A DNA stretch of 64,000 nucleotides, taken from the NCBI GenBank assembly GCA_002633005.1, contig NMRA01000044.1, forward strand, positions 1,241,904 to 1,305,903. Direction: 5' to 3'. This DNA is from Phoronis australis (lineage: Eukaryota > Animalia > Phoronida). Every line of letters begins with the position of its first letter. Position 1 is the stretch's first letter. Below the pieces are notes generated by a model. The model was not told the DNA's origin, ran no database searches, and saw only the letters and a list, made by a program, of their open reading frames with translations. Shown here in pieces: positions 41,022 to 53,504 of this stretch. Both the position numbers and the translations under genes were made by a program.

Positions 41022-42336
41022 GTGATTATCAGACGTCAAAGTCTTTCAAATAGGGCATGTTTCGATGGCATATTTAGCTCTCTCAAACCTCAACTCAAGA
41101 GTGATGAGCGATGTAAACAGTCTATCATTTACTACAATTTGTGTATCTCCGTATTGGTATATTATCTGTTTCCTATACGCTCAGGGCCCAGGGCTTATCA
41201 TTTTTGGATTGTAGCTTGACAATCAGGCACGTAGTGATTGAAATTTCTGTTTGTTTTTATTCAGACTTTGCTGATACTCCTCACCCCAAGATACACAAAC
41301 TGTTCATGTAGTATGACTTATGGACATGCGAGGTCAATAGCACATCTGACCCAATTTTGAATCAGGTCTTTTGAATTGAGTTCCGAGTTGGGACTAAAAT
41401 GGAAAACAGAAGTGAATTGTAACATGGAGTTTGGAACTCACTTGAGTGAAACGAGGAGCCTGCCCATGAATTTAGTCTGCGAGATGCGACCTTTAGCCCC
41501 ACGAAACACCATGCTGATGAACTTCTTTCTACTTTTAATCTAAAAAGAGGGTCTTTCTTCTTCGTTATTCTTTCAGTGACTATCAAGTTGCCGATTATGG
41601 GCTTTTCAGACTACTAGCTGTTGTAAGCATTAATCAACAATGTTGTGGTATTGTTAATACAGTATGGGATGGTCTATAAAATTTAGGATACCGAAATTTA
41701 ATCTGAAATGAAATTTTCTTGATTCTGAAGATTGTAACAGGAGTGATTTTGGCATTGATCATATTTCTTTTTCGGACTGCATTTTGTATCAATAGAGTCA
41801 GCAAATAGACTTGGCAGTTCTTAAAATCATTAAAATTGGCCTGGCCAACTAACTTAACGCTTTTTCACATGTCCCGATTGTGCGTAACATGGAAGTGAAA
41901 GATCGTTTTCGTAATTGTTAGGAAGGCCATTAATGCCCATTTCTAAAATTTGGTACAAGCCTCGACCTGGAGCAAAACTGGTGAATTTCTACTTGTACCA
42001 CTTGTTTTTTAACTGAACTACTCCAAGTCCAACAACGACGAGCAATTTTGCCACAAAATGGGGGCTAACATGGTATAGTGAATCGCGGGTAACTTTCTGT
42101 AGACCTACTTCTTGGGTGAAAAGTGAGATTATGGAGAGACCACACAGTCATTCTAGTGAAAGGTGAGCATTGCGCTCAATACCTTACAAGCGTAATCCAG
42201 CAAAATGGTGGCCGGTGATTGATTGATGTGGTTGAAATGCTGAATTATGGCATTGAATTTACTGTTTCCATGCAGTAAGCGAAGATTTTCTCTTTAAGTG
42301 CGTTTCTAGCAGAACGAGGCTTGCTTTCCGTTTCAG

Positions 42337-42508
42337 GAGTAGTCGACACTCTCTGGTGGTGCTTGAGTACATTCTATCGTCCCTCATCACCTTGTGCCAA
42401 GCCGTCGCCTCTAACGCCAGACACCAAGTTTGTAAGTTGGGAGAGAGCGATGCAGTCTTTGTCTCACTGATGTACTACTGGGGCTCAAGGGGAAGTGAGT
42501 CAGTCAAG
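42337..42508 (+). CDS. ATM: ATM coding exon 6 (last ATM exon recognised in the window)
   Basis: tttcag|SSRHSLVVLEYILSSLITLCQAVASNARHQVCKLGESDAVFVSLMYYWGSRGSESVK|gtaggc, compare human [48 protein letters not shown]. Phase 2/0. Confidence 0.9.
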
Positions 42509-43259
42509 GTAGGCCTCCACCAAGGGCATGTTCAGGAATGCTAGTTGCCTGTGAGATGTCGAAAGAAGTCTTGGTCTAGACAATGCAACTAGTGGTTTTT
42601 ACAACGGATTTTCCACGTGATGCAAAATTGTAGGGTAGGCATCCAGTCGGGATCAGTGGTGGCCATGTTGCTAATTTGGAGTACTTGTGGTAAGTTGCCA
42701 GCTTGTGAAACTCCAACAAGATTTCATGTTGAGCTGATGTGACCTTTGTGATCATGATAATCTCACAACTTACTAGCATTACTGAACTCGTCCTAAATTT
42801 CACAACCCAGCTTCAACTGATTGAAGACATTGACTACGTGTGCAATCACCGCTATGGAGAAAATATGTCGCACTGGACACGTGAAATGCCCTTCAGTTAT
42901 TAACAGCCGTAGTTTGAATGGGCTGACAATAGATGTACCAGATTTCTGCCAAACATTTGCCTTCCTAAACGCCATCCACTGTTGTAAGATTCAATGCTGG
43001 TGCTTGTGTAAAAGGGAAAGTCAAATTACGCTAGACGTAGGCGTCATGTCAAAGAAATCCTTGACAGGTCTGATCCTTGAGAAACTGCTTCGAAAGTATG
43101 CTGTTAATGGTGAAGAGATGTTTATAGTCCAGCAGCCAGTTGTGGGTACCTAGAAATGTGTGGTGATGTGAAGGGTTTTTTGTTTCATGTCTAGGTACCA
43201 CTCCTGAAGCATTTAGCTGGGTTGTAATCATGACATCCTTGAACATTTCATTAAATATT

Positions 43260-43730
43260 CAAATTGAGGCCATGAGGCAAAATTGTACTTTTGCTTAGTA
43301 ACTTCTTTATCAAGTGCTGCAAGTAGATTGTTTTGATGTTTTCACCCATGTTTCTGTGGTCATTGAATTTAATAGAGCTATTTTAGAGGTGGATGCGTCA
43401 AGAATTTGTATAGATTATGCAAAATAAGGCACCCATGATTGAAAATTTTACTTGTGCTTATTGCTACTGGTATCAAGAATCACAGGCTTTTTCATATTTG
43501 CATGCGGGTTTCTTGTTACGAAATGAAACCAGTTGATAGGTTGTTGCTTGATAAATTTGCATGATTTATGCAGTGAATGGCCACCATTATTTAAAATTCT
43601 GTTTCTGCTCATGATAACTTCCTTTCAAGTGCTTCATGCAGATTTTTGATATTTTGTGGTCAGTGAATTTGACAAAATCGGTAAGCACCTTAAATTTGCA
43701 TAATTTATGTAAATTGAGACCACCAAGAGT
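43260..43730. repeat. Diverged tandem array (~150-bp units)
   Basis: Recurrent aatttg(c)at(a)atttatgca...ggccacca...aacttc(c)tttcaagtgct...gtggtca.tgaattt motifs at ~43300, 43400, 43555, 43620 and 43695. Confidence 0.45.
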
Positions 43731-45779
43731 AGTTTGGCTCATCATCTTGGTTGTAAGACTCTGGTTGGTTTGATTAAGTTCAAGAGACTTGCATTACTAC
43801 ACCATCTGAAACAAGATCTGAAATTATTTTCAGAAGTGTGCTGGTAGTATGGAGTCACTGAGTTCATACACCTGGTTAATATTCAAATCTTCACTCCTGA
43901 GTACCGTACAGCTACAGGATCAAGCTTAACAAACTTGAAAGATCTCTTTGAAAATTTTCAAAGCTAACAACTGAACATAATTATTCAAATAGCAATGCCT
44001 TCTGTTGACATACATGTTTTCATTTCTCATGTGTCTTCGCAACACGTGTGACTAGACTGCTGTGCATCAGCCCCAACTCTCATAAAACGGTCATAACCAC
44101 GGCTAGTTTCAGTGTCACAAGCATATTTTAACTTTGTAAACTTAAAGAAAACCCAAGATTAAAGTTTCTCATGAGTTTAAAACAAAGAATTCGAACCCTT
44201 GCAATTTTTGTGATATTGTCCGTCAGCAGGTGGCAAATCAGAGAGTGACCCTGTAACGCATGTACCACATTCTCATCTCACAGGGATTGTCTTAAACTTG
44301 TCTTTTGCATGTTGTGATCTTGAGATCGAAACACACATCTCCCTCAAGATTAAAACTGTTTTGTCTCGTTTTCCCTTGGCATCTTTCTATCATATGTACA
44401 CATCGTTGACACAATATGATGGTGAGTCAGTGAATGAAAGGGGTGGGGATGCATAAAGAGCTGCTCTGTGCCTGGTCGGAGATTCGATTTGAGTGACAGC
44501 TCAGTAACCGTTGACTTCAGACAAGTAGTAAACAAATTTCTAGCCGGTTGTGCAGTTTAAAGGTGGTTCTGCTAATTTTTTTTTCTCACTATACAGTATA
44601 TATTTCGCATTTGAAGTTCCCTGAGAATGAAGATAAGATATTTTGCTAGACATATATTACAAATCAATGACTAACGATAAACATCTAGTTAATAACTAAA
44701 GCTGATCTAACATTTGTACAGCTACACGTTGAAGATAACAAATATAACAACATATAAATTTAAGGTGATTTCTGCTAAGCAATTGAGTTCTGTCCTCGGG
44801 TCCATGTGGCATGAAGTTATGGCTGGAAAGTAAAAAAAAAATTGTGATTTTTAAAGTGTCCTACATTTTCAGAGGTAGTGAATTGTTTGACCCGAGAATT
44901 GTGATACTTCTGAGCTATTTCTAGCACATTACAATGTACACAACTTTGTCAGCAACATCATATAAATTGTAACCAAGTTCAACGCAATAATACACGCACC
45001 AATGCAAGGAATATAATAAGCTAGATGTATTGTGGCTACTTGTTGTGGGCACCAGAAGCAAAAAAAAAAACAGTTCAAATTTGAGGCCTCTTATTTATTC
45101 TATGGTCAAGCTCTTAGGGATTGAACATTTTCAACACCATGGTTAACATGGAAACTTTCAGGTTAACTGATTAAACACCCCGGCTTAAGAGTGCCATGCC
45201 CTCCGCTTAACATGTTACATCATGACAAGCCAACTCGTACAGCTTGGTTTCCAGCAATAGCAAACTGCCAGTTCCTTGGAAGCCCTACATCTGCAATGAT
45301 TGTCCAGCTACTTACTGCGTATGCTGCTGACACTATGCCATTTGTCCCAGTGCTTTCAACTTCTTGATTCAAATCTTTGCAGAACTGGCAGCTATAATAC
45401 AAGATGCATCTTTTATTGTGTGGCTAATTCAATGGTTAAGTTTCAGTTTATATAACAAAAATAAAAATTCAGTTCCCTTTGAATCAGACATGCACACATA
45501 GGTGACATGAGAATTATAAGACACAATTTATGATAAAAACAAGTTATTAAAGCAAGTGGAACATGTTTGGTCAAAACTTGGTCAACTTATGGTTTAGAAA
45601 CCAGATGCATAATTATTTCTGGTATGGATCCCAACTCATTTTGAAATCTGTCTTTTTAACGTGGCCATATGACCCACCGTCCTACAAAAACCAACTTTTG
45701 ATTCCACGAAATAAATTTACTGTAATGCTTTAGACTAATACACGTGCAATCTCACGACTTGGAAAGTATTGAGAATTTA

Positions 45780-46965
45780 TTTATTTTTTTAACATTTATT
45801 GCAACAATAATAACAACACAGTACAAACAGAAATCCCCAATGACACATCACATACACACATTTTACTAAACACTCAATTTTACAAACCAAAAACACTAAA
45901 TAAATGAACTTTTCTCATCTGTACTACTTTTTAAGCACCCACATATTTATATGTGGATGCATTATGTCAGAAAAATATCATATACAGGTATATCATGAGT
46001 ACTTTGTTCGAATGTTCATCAACATTTGCCAGAGATGTGGGTTGAGACACTTTTGCACTTGAAAACGATCTTTTGAAAGTTAATTTCAAGCATTTTTTCA
46101 CTCCGCTAATGAGCAAAAAGGGGTTTAAAACCAAATTGGTCTACAAAACAGTTGTATGACAAAATTTTTTTGTTTTCGTCAAATAAATCATCTAAGAATC
46201 TCACACCCTTTTCATTTGAAGTAGGGTAAAATATTGGTTTTCCTCCAATTTGAACCTTAATATGCCATAAAGGAAGGGACAATATCCTGTCATCTTCTTT
46301 GACCTCTAATATCGAACCAAATTCAAATGTTGAAACAAACACATCCTTCCAAAAAGGATTCCCTGTGGACTGGGCTAACATTTGTAAAAAATAGTTTTTC
46401 GTGGAACATCTTTTCAATTTCAGTTTGACTTGTATTCCACAAAATAATCTACTCAAGCCGAATTATTTTGTGCATCTATAATCTTTTTTAACCATGTTAC
46501 TTTAAGAGCTTTAACAAAGGAAACTAAATGAACCATGTTGAGACCACAATTGTTGTAATGCTGAACCATTGTCTTATGAGAAATTTGTTACTTCAAATAC
46601 ACTGAAAAAGCATTTTCTTCCGTTGCTTGATAAAATTGTCCTTTGGTGATGAGCTTTGTCAATACTAAAGATTTCACCACTCAAAATTTTTCCCAGAACA
46701 CTGAGGTATCTTCTGGACCAGGAGCGTAAGATATTCTGAATATCAATAAATTTTGTATTAAAGTTCAAACCAATCATTTCGTCTAGATTTACTCCAATTT
46801 AATCCCCAAAGTCAATTGTAAAGTTTTTGCGAAATCAGTTATCCAGGTGTCATACTTCCTGGTTCCAATCCATAATTATACACTTGGTTTTTTCAATATT
46901 AGGTTTATACCTGAATACTTTGCAAATTGGTCCAGAAGATCCAGAACCTTTTTGAGAGATCTGTA
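45780..46965 (-). mobile_element. L1/Tx1-clade non-LTR retrotransposon, degenerate 3' part of ORF2 plus 3' end
   Basis: Minus-strand peptides LKKVLDLLDQFAKYSG..PNIEKTKCI..WIG; LNFNTKFIDIQNILRSWSRRYLSVLGKI; NPFWKDVF...LPLW...IGGKPIFY...EKGVRFLDDLF. Many stops and frameshifts. AATAAA and an A-rich tail near 45780-45800. Confidence 0.85.
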
Positions 46966-48214
46966 CTGAGAATTTATGTCAATGCTTCAGACTTGGCTTG
47001 CAAAATAAGACATTTCTAGGCATATTGTAATCATTGAGCGACTGGTCATGAGTTAACGCCTTTTTGCTAGACCAAAAATCACTTCAATCTATTTTCATTA
47101 AAGCTGGGAACAAATTGAGACCAATTTTAGGTTGGAACTTTTTGTCCAAATCAGTTTGCTCACTTCAAAAACTATTTCACAGGAATGACTGATCGGATTC
47201 CTATGTTATGCTGTGCTTGTAATGCATTGTTCTCCAAAATGCTGTTAGGAGTTGCTTTAAAAATATTCTAGTATTGCATCTCAGGAACTATCAAAAATAC
47301 GACTTTTATGGTTTTCATGAAAAAATTCTGAAGTCGCATAGAGTGAAATGACAGGAAAGTAATCATTGGTAGGTCTACCAGGGGGACATTATCTTGGCCA
47401 AGTATCATCTTGCGAATGAGTGCCCTTGACAGATCTTAGTAACGAGAGCACTCGGAGGAGCGACACTTGGCGAAATTACGCGAAAACAGTACGATGGGTA
47501 GGACGACGATGACGATCATGACGACTAGCGAGAAATGAAAAATATCTTATGAAAGCCCATTTAAAACTCTATCGAACTGTACAGATTTCTGATCGCCATC
47601 ATCGGTTATTATACATGGCAAGAAAATCCCAGAACACAAAACTATTTGCAAAAAACGCCAAATTTGACAATTTTCTCCCCAAAATAACCACTTCCCTGCA
47701 AGTGTTAGAAAAAGTCTGACTACAGATTCAGAGTGCTCGTCCTCACTAGATTCTAACTATGTGGTCAAAGTAAGCCTCTTACCAGCTACTTTTTTGGCAA
47801 ATTTGATCTTTCTAACAGCCATCTGAAATCCCACCCGGTTTCTCGGATAGCAGATGACGGGTTGATAGCAAATGAAAGCCACCAGTTTGCATCAAAAGTA
47901 GGTAAAACTTGGCTTTTCTCATTCAAAAACACAAGTAAATAAGTTTCCTGGCAATTATTGTCAACAATTTCCTCAAACCCCCCGCCAAACCTGACACACG
48001 CCCTCAACATGAATTGTAGGGACTAGAAAATGATTCGTGGCCACGGCCTGACTGTTCAGTGCTCATCTACAGTCTTGAGCGACAATAGGCAAAATTAACG
48101 ACAATGATGATTGTGATGATGAAGGTGGCGATGATGAACAACATCATAACATTCATACGACGAACTTTGATGTCATAAATTAGTAAGAAATAAGCTACAG
48201 TCTTGTTCAAATAA

Positions 48215-49680
48215 ACTAAACCAACATCAATGCAGTAAGAGCACTCAACAAAGGAACAGCGCAATCAGAAAATCTCAAATAATTAAAAAATTAGAGGTCC
48301 TAGCGAAAAATGGAAAACATCTTCTGAAAGCCCGTTCTAAACTCTATCTAAATTAATAGTTTCGCAACATTCCATAATTTTTCGAAAAAAAATGAAATTT
48401 TGCGTTTTTTTTTTGAATTTCAAAGTCAAATAACTCGAAAACGGTAAATCTGAGAAAAACGTTATCCCAGAACTTTTGAAAGAGCATACTTCAAGGAATC
48501 CACATGCAAAAAATCACGTCATTTGCTCTTCCCCTTAAAAATGCAACCGTAGAACGATTGAAAATGCGCCAGAGCCGCCATCTTGAAAATGACTTCTGGT
48601 TTGACAAAATTTTATAAAAGCTGATCAAATGCAACAAACACGGGACCAGTTTGAAAAAAATTGGTTCACCAATGCGCCCTCTACAGGAGAAAATGTTTTC
48701 GGCCAGTTATCGAGGTGCGCATGCGCCCTTGCCGATATTTCCGCCATCTTTGACCGGAAGTTAAAGATTTACGGCGCAGTTGAAGTGCTTATGTGCTATA
48801 ATAATCGTACCAATGTTCAGCTCTGCATGTCGAAAAATGTGGCCTCCATGAGCAATGGGTTCATGGTCTTGTTCAACAGAAGCTAGACCAACATCAGTGC
48901 AGCAAGAGCTGTCAATAAAGGAACAGCGCTTTCAGAAAATCTCTAATAATTCAAAAAGTAGACGTCGTAGCGAAAAATGGAAAATATCTTCTGAAAGCCC
49001 ATCCAAAACTCTATCTAGATTAATAGTTTTGCAACATTCCATAAATTTTTCGAAAAAAATGAAATTTTGTGTTTTTTTGAAATTCAGAGTCAAATAACTC
49101 GAAAACGGTAAGTCTGAGAAAACCGTTATTCTGCGATACTTTTGAAAGAGCATACTTCAAGGAATCCACATGCAAAAATTCACGTCATTTGCTCTTCCCG
49201 TTAAAAAGGCGACAGCAGAACGATTGAAAATGGGTGAAAATGCACCAGAGCCGGCATCTTGAAAGTGACTTCCGGTTAAACAAAATTTAAAGCTGATCAA
49301 TCGCAAGAAACACGGGACCATTTTGAAAGTGATTGGTTCGCCAATGCGCCCTCTACGGGAGAAAACGTTTTTGGCCAGATATCGAGGTGTGCATGCGCCA
49401 TCGTCAATATTTCCGCCATCCTTAACCGGAAGTCGACGTTTTTTGGCACAGTTGTAGCACATGTGTTCTATAATAATCGTGCCAAGTTTCAGCTCTGTAC
49501 GTCAAAAAATGCGGCCTCTATGAGCATTTGAATGTGAAATCGGAAACAAAATGGCCGTCACTTCCACCATTTTGAATCTGATCATGACCAAAAACAATAG
49601 GCTTCTCGGACTTTCCGATCTACACGTCGTGTGCAAATTTCGTGAAAATTGGATGAAAACTGCGACCTGTAGAGTGCGAA
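48215..49680. mobile_element. Non-autonomous element with internal ~670-bp diverged tandem duplication (Helitron/Helentron-like invertebrate repeat)
   Basis: 48220-48853 and 48886-49527 are colinear with scattered substitutions and indels. The terminal part aaaatggccg...ccattttgaatctgatc...gtgcaaatttcgtgaaaattggatgaaaactgcgacctgtagag resembles common invertebrate Helitron-N-type repeats (family call is inference). Confidence 0.6.
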
Positions 49681-49745
49681 CAAAAAAAAACTTGACGACA
49701 GCAACATACTTGTAAAGATGTCGGAAAACAAGACTAAATTAGACT

Positions 49746-50818
49746 CTAAGGTTGGTAAATGTGTGTGCGTGTGTGTGTTTGAGTCTCTGTGTGTGTGATC
49801 TTAATATATACTTGCCCTGTCTTCGGTGTAGAGGAGTGGACGTAGAAAAGGATATATGCTTGGCTGTGCTTTACCTCCTCAAAACTACATTTCTTAATTT
49901 TTGCATCATCGCAGCGGACCCACGAGTTCTTTTGTTCGTGCCAAGCATAAGTTATGAAATGTCCAAAACCATAGGACTCATTGTGGACAATAACTGCAAC
50001 AAGGGAGTACGACACGTCGGACTTTGTGCAATCAATGCACCACTGCTGTTGTAGATTTCTTTTCAGTTTCTGATCAAAATGTACATGCGTCTGTATCTTT
50101 TCTATGCCGTGCGCAGTTTTCTGGCATCTCTCCAGACAGATGGCGAGGACATGTGGAGGGGTCGATATTTTTTGTTGCTGTACTTCTTGACCTTCCGGAT
50201 GACATGTGTAAAATTCCGTCAGCATGTCGGGAATGTTATTTTTTTGCATTGGACTTGTAGCATCTAGTAATTGTAAGTTGACAAAAGGCTCTTCATTAGC
50301 GTAGCAAGAAATGCCACAACTGTGACCTGTGACTTCTGTTGAATCCTTACTTATAAACATGTCTATGACATGGGAGTCATCCATCTTCAAACTGTGTAAC
50401 AAGTCTTTTAAGAAATTATAGCAGCTATCTGGCTTCTTGCTGTTATAGCTTAGTTTTGGCCTCTCACTGTTAGGGTGTAGTCGTGGTAACCTGTTGTTAA
50501 CTCCATCTATTAGTTTTTGTGGGGATCTCGTCTTAGCTGTAAGAACTTGAAATAGTGCATGCTGAATTGGGAATTTTTCGTCCTGGATGTAATTTGTTAT
50601 CTCTTGTATAGGCCTAAGAGCCTGTATCCCTGCATTGACGTAACACGAGTTGCCAAGGTTGGGCAGTGCAAGATCGGAAATGATCGAAGGCTGACTGTCT
50701 TCTGTGATCACTTTGGAGCAACTCTCTGATTGAGCTGACTTGTCCAACTTGGGGATGCCAGGGATTGTTTGGCAGGATGTGGCTGCTACTCTGTAGGAAC
50801 CATGGCTGCTGATTTTAT
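49746..50818 (-). CDS. Ubiquitin-specific protease (USP/peptidase C19) catalytic domain, encoded in one exon
   Basis: Cys box LPNLGNSCYVNAGIQAL. His/Asp box YSLVAVIVHNESYGFGHFITYA...WVRCDDAKI...QAYILFY. PPHVLAICLER motif. Acceptor ttttttccag at 50819 (phase 1). The 3' end is uncertain: stop at 49746, or a donor at about 49811-49815 before a (CA)n tract. Confidence 0.9.
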
Positions 50819-51549
50819 CTGGAAAAAAATAATAATAGCAAACTTTATTTATAGACTAGGATAAAATACAATAGATTTTTAAAACACGCTTTGTCCAGAG
50901 GCAATCAATTACAGCATGGTCCTCTTCCACCAATAAATTAAATTAAATAACTTATGTAGATTAAATTAAGTTACATTTGTCACTGAAAGTGGCCAATGGC
51001 AATCTGCATTATCTGTAGTTAGAGTAGTAACTCTTGTCAAATGTGATTTCAAAACTCGGGGTGCCTGCAAAGTCATCAAATGTCATACCATGGTCTGTTT
51101 TGAGCAACACTTGAAGTATAAAATATGAAACATTCAAGATTGCCTTCACAAATTTGGTGCTTTCATTATGGGGTTCTCAGGTGAGAGTTTTATACGTTAC
51201 ACACTCAAAGTGTGTAAAACATGGCATAAATGTGTAATTCGTGCAAAAAGCACATCCTGTAAGAAACCTGCCATGCTGTCATGTGAAACGAGGCAACATC
51301 TCTGTGTTTATTGTATTGGCATATTCAACACCTTTTTGTAGAGCACTGTCTCTTTCTGTGGAAAAATTCTGTTAGCTAAACAATTCATGCATGTCTTTTT
51401 ATGCATAAAATATTTATTCAATTTCCTACCTTATGAAAAACCAACTTAATTATGATGCTGTGAGCGGTTTCATTTTGTTACAGTTGGTTTGTGATATAGA
51501 TTTATCTTGGACAATCTTTCGTTTCTTTCAGAGACCATTACAAACTTAC

Positions 51550-51621
51550 CTTGTGGCCAAATTGGCGTTGGTGTAAGTTTAACGTAATCCATAACAAGAT
51601 ACCCTTCAACTAGGGGATGCC
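51550..51621 (-). CDS. Internal exon of the USP-domain gene
   Basis: catttcag|(G)HPLVEGYLVMDYVKLTPTPIWPQ G|gtaagt. 72 nt, phase 1/1, joins the USP exon in frame. Confidence 0.65.
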
Positions 51622-52481
51622 CTGAAATGATTGAACATTTATTGTTCTTCATTTTAAAACAACATCATATTGTTACACCATTTTTTCTGCTCTTTACATT
51701 TTGTTGCATTATACTTAACACGCTAGATAACAAAATCAAGGGTGCTCTAACAATTTTAGGTCATGCCGCTTTAATACATTCACACCCGCAGAGGTATCAT
51801 TCTTGATTTAGAGCATATTGAATGTGAAATGAAGTTTTAATTCATCTGGAATAAGACTGCTGTTGATGAGTCTATTGTAAAATACTTGTAACACTGCACA
51901 CTTGTTGATGTTTCAATCTAAAGTGCTCTTCATAAAGTTTTAGATATTTGCGCATACGCGCACACACACGTGTTTCTGTTGCCATCAATTTTGTTAACTG
52001 GAATATCAGTGGTACGTTTGGGTACATTTGTTCACCCCATTAGGTTAAATGTAGCATCTGCTGACTTTTGGCTATGAAGCCAAGCAGCGCTGTTTTCATA
52101 AATGGCAGTTTCTAGTTCTTGATGGTGATGTTTCATGAACATTTCGAAAAGCAATCTATGTACAAAAAATTCTTCGTGCTGCAAATCATGCTTTTAATCT
52201 TTACTTTTGTGGAGTAATTTAGATGCTCTTGTGATTCTTATAATTCTTGCCTGTGCTATTCAGAAACCATAAGGGTAATATTATAATTATCTTTTCTGCT
52301 AAGACCATAAACCTTTTGTTAAGCTGTTAGATGGTCAAATTGGGACATTTGTATGGCTAAGAGCTGGACTGAATTTTCATTGACCTTTTATATATCAATT
52401 TCAAAAGGCCTATTGTGTTTAAACCATACCCACGATTTCCAATCTGGAAAACTTTAAGCCACTAGGCTGACTTTAACTTAC

Positions 52482-52535
52482 CCGTTTTTTTCCCATTGCT
52501 TACAGATTCAGTGAAGAATCCACTGTCGACCTCTT
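52482..52535 (-). CDS. Internal micro-exon of the USP-domain gene
   Basis: ccttttcag|.EVDSGFFTESVSNGKKT G|gtaagt. 54 nt, phase 1/1. Confidence 0.55.
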
Positions 52536-53362
52536 CTGAAAAGGATATGTTAAATGCTGAATAGAATATGCATCTTTTATCCAAAACTTTTGTGCAGGAG
52601 AGATAATCATGTTACAAGAAAGTTATACCAAGAAACACTCATGTTATTGCTTTTAAAGTTTAGGTGACAAAGTGATGTGCTATTGCTGTGATGATTTAGG
52701 GGAGAAATAAACGCTCTTGATGTTGAAGTGGAACATTTACCGGTGAAGCTAACTGAACATTCCCGGGCCCTCGTTCATCCGAGGGAAAGGTGCATGTGTC
52801 TAATCTTAGAGAGGAATTTTTCTGGGTGAGGGGGAAATTGTACCTTCCGATTACCATCAATAGCACCTCCACCCTGTTGCAAACTCTCATAGGTTCTGCC
52901 TCATGTAGCCAAAATTAACATTTCGTACTCTTTCAAAATGTCACCTGTGTGGGTTACAAGTGATTCGCACATCAAGGCCAATTTTTCAATCACTTGAGGG
53001 TAATTTTTGGGTCTTGTGAGGGGATTTTCTAATATTTTTCAAAGCAGAATAGGGCTGAATCCGGATATTCAGCCTCAAAATTGAGGGACGGGGGGCCCTG
53101 CATTCTGTATTGGATTAAAACGTTAACAATTAAGACACCATTAAAGTTTCTCGACTATTGTTCAATGTTTCTGGTCTTATGTCCCGTCTTAAAAAGATTC
53201 TATCCTGTGCTTTTTTATTAACAGTAGACATCCAACACTCGATATAAATGCAAGTGTCTGGGAGTATTAGTGGCCTATCAAATAACGTAGAAAATAAATC
53301 TGAAACTAAATAAGGCGATCCAGATCCTCCCAAGGATACTATTGTTTCATGAAATGTAGAAT

Positions 53363-53504
53363 ATAAATAGGTAAATAAAACAACAAGAATGGATCAACTG
53401 AAATTTTCGGATGTAATAACGTCCTTTGTCAACAGAAACAAAGAATGTTATTGCATCCGAAAATTTCAGTTGATCCATTCTTGTTGTTTTATTTACCTAT
53501 TTAT
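53363..53504. repeat. Near-perfect 142-bp hairpin (67-bp arms, 8-nt loop)
   Basis: ataaataggtaaataaaacaacaagaatggatcaactgaaattttcggatg... and its reverse complement, with 3 mismatches near the loop. Confidence 0.9.

Noticed and set aside
43832-43968. VTEFIHLVNIQIFTP as candidate ATM exon 7
   Set aside because: Weak similarity, lacks the HHP.G motif, has an in-frame stop immediately upstream and no compatible strong acceptor/donor pair.
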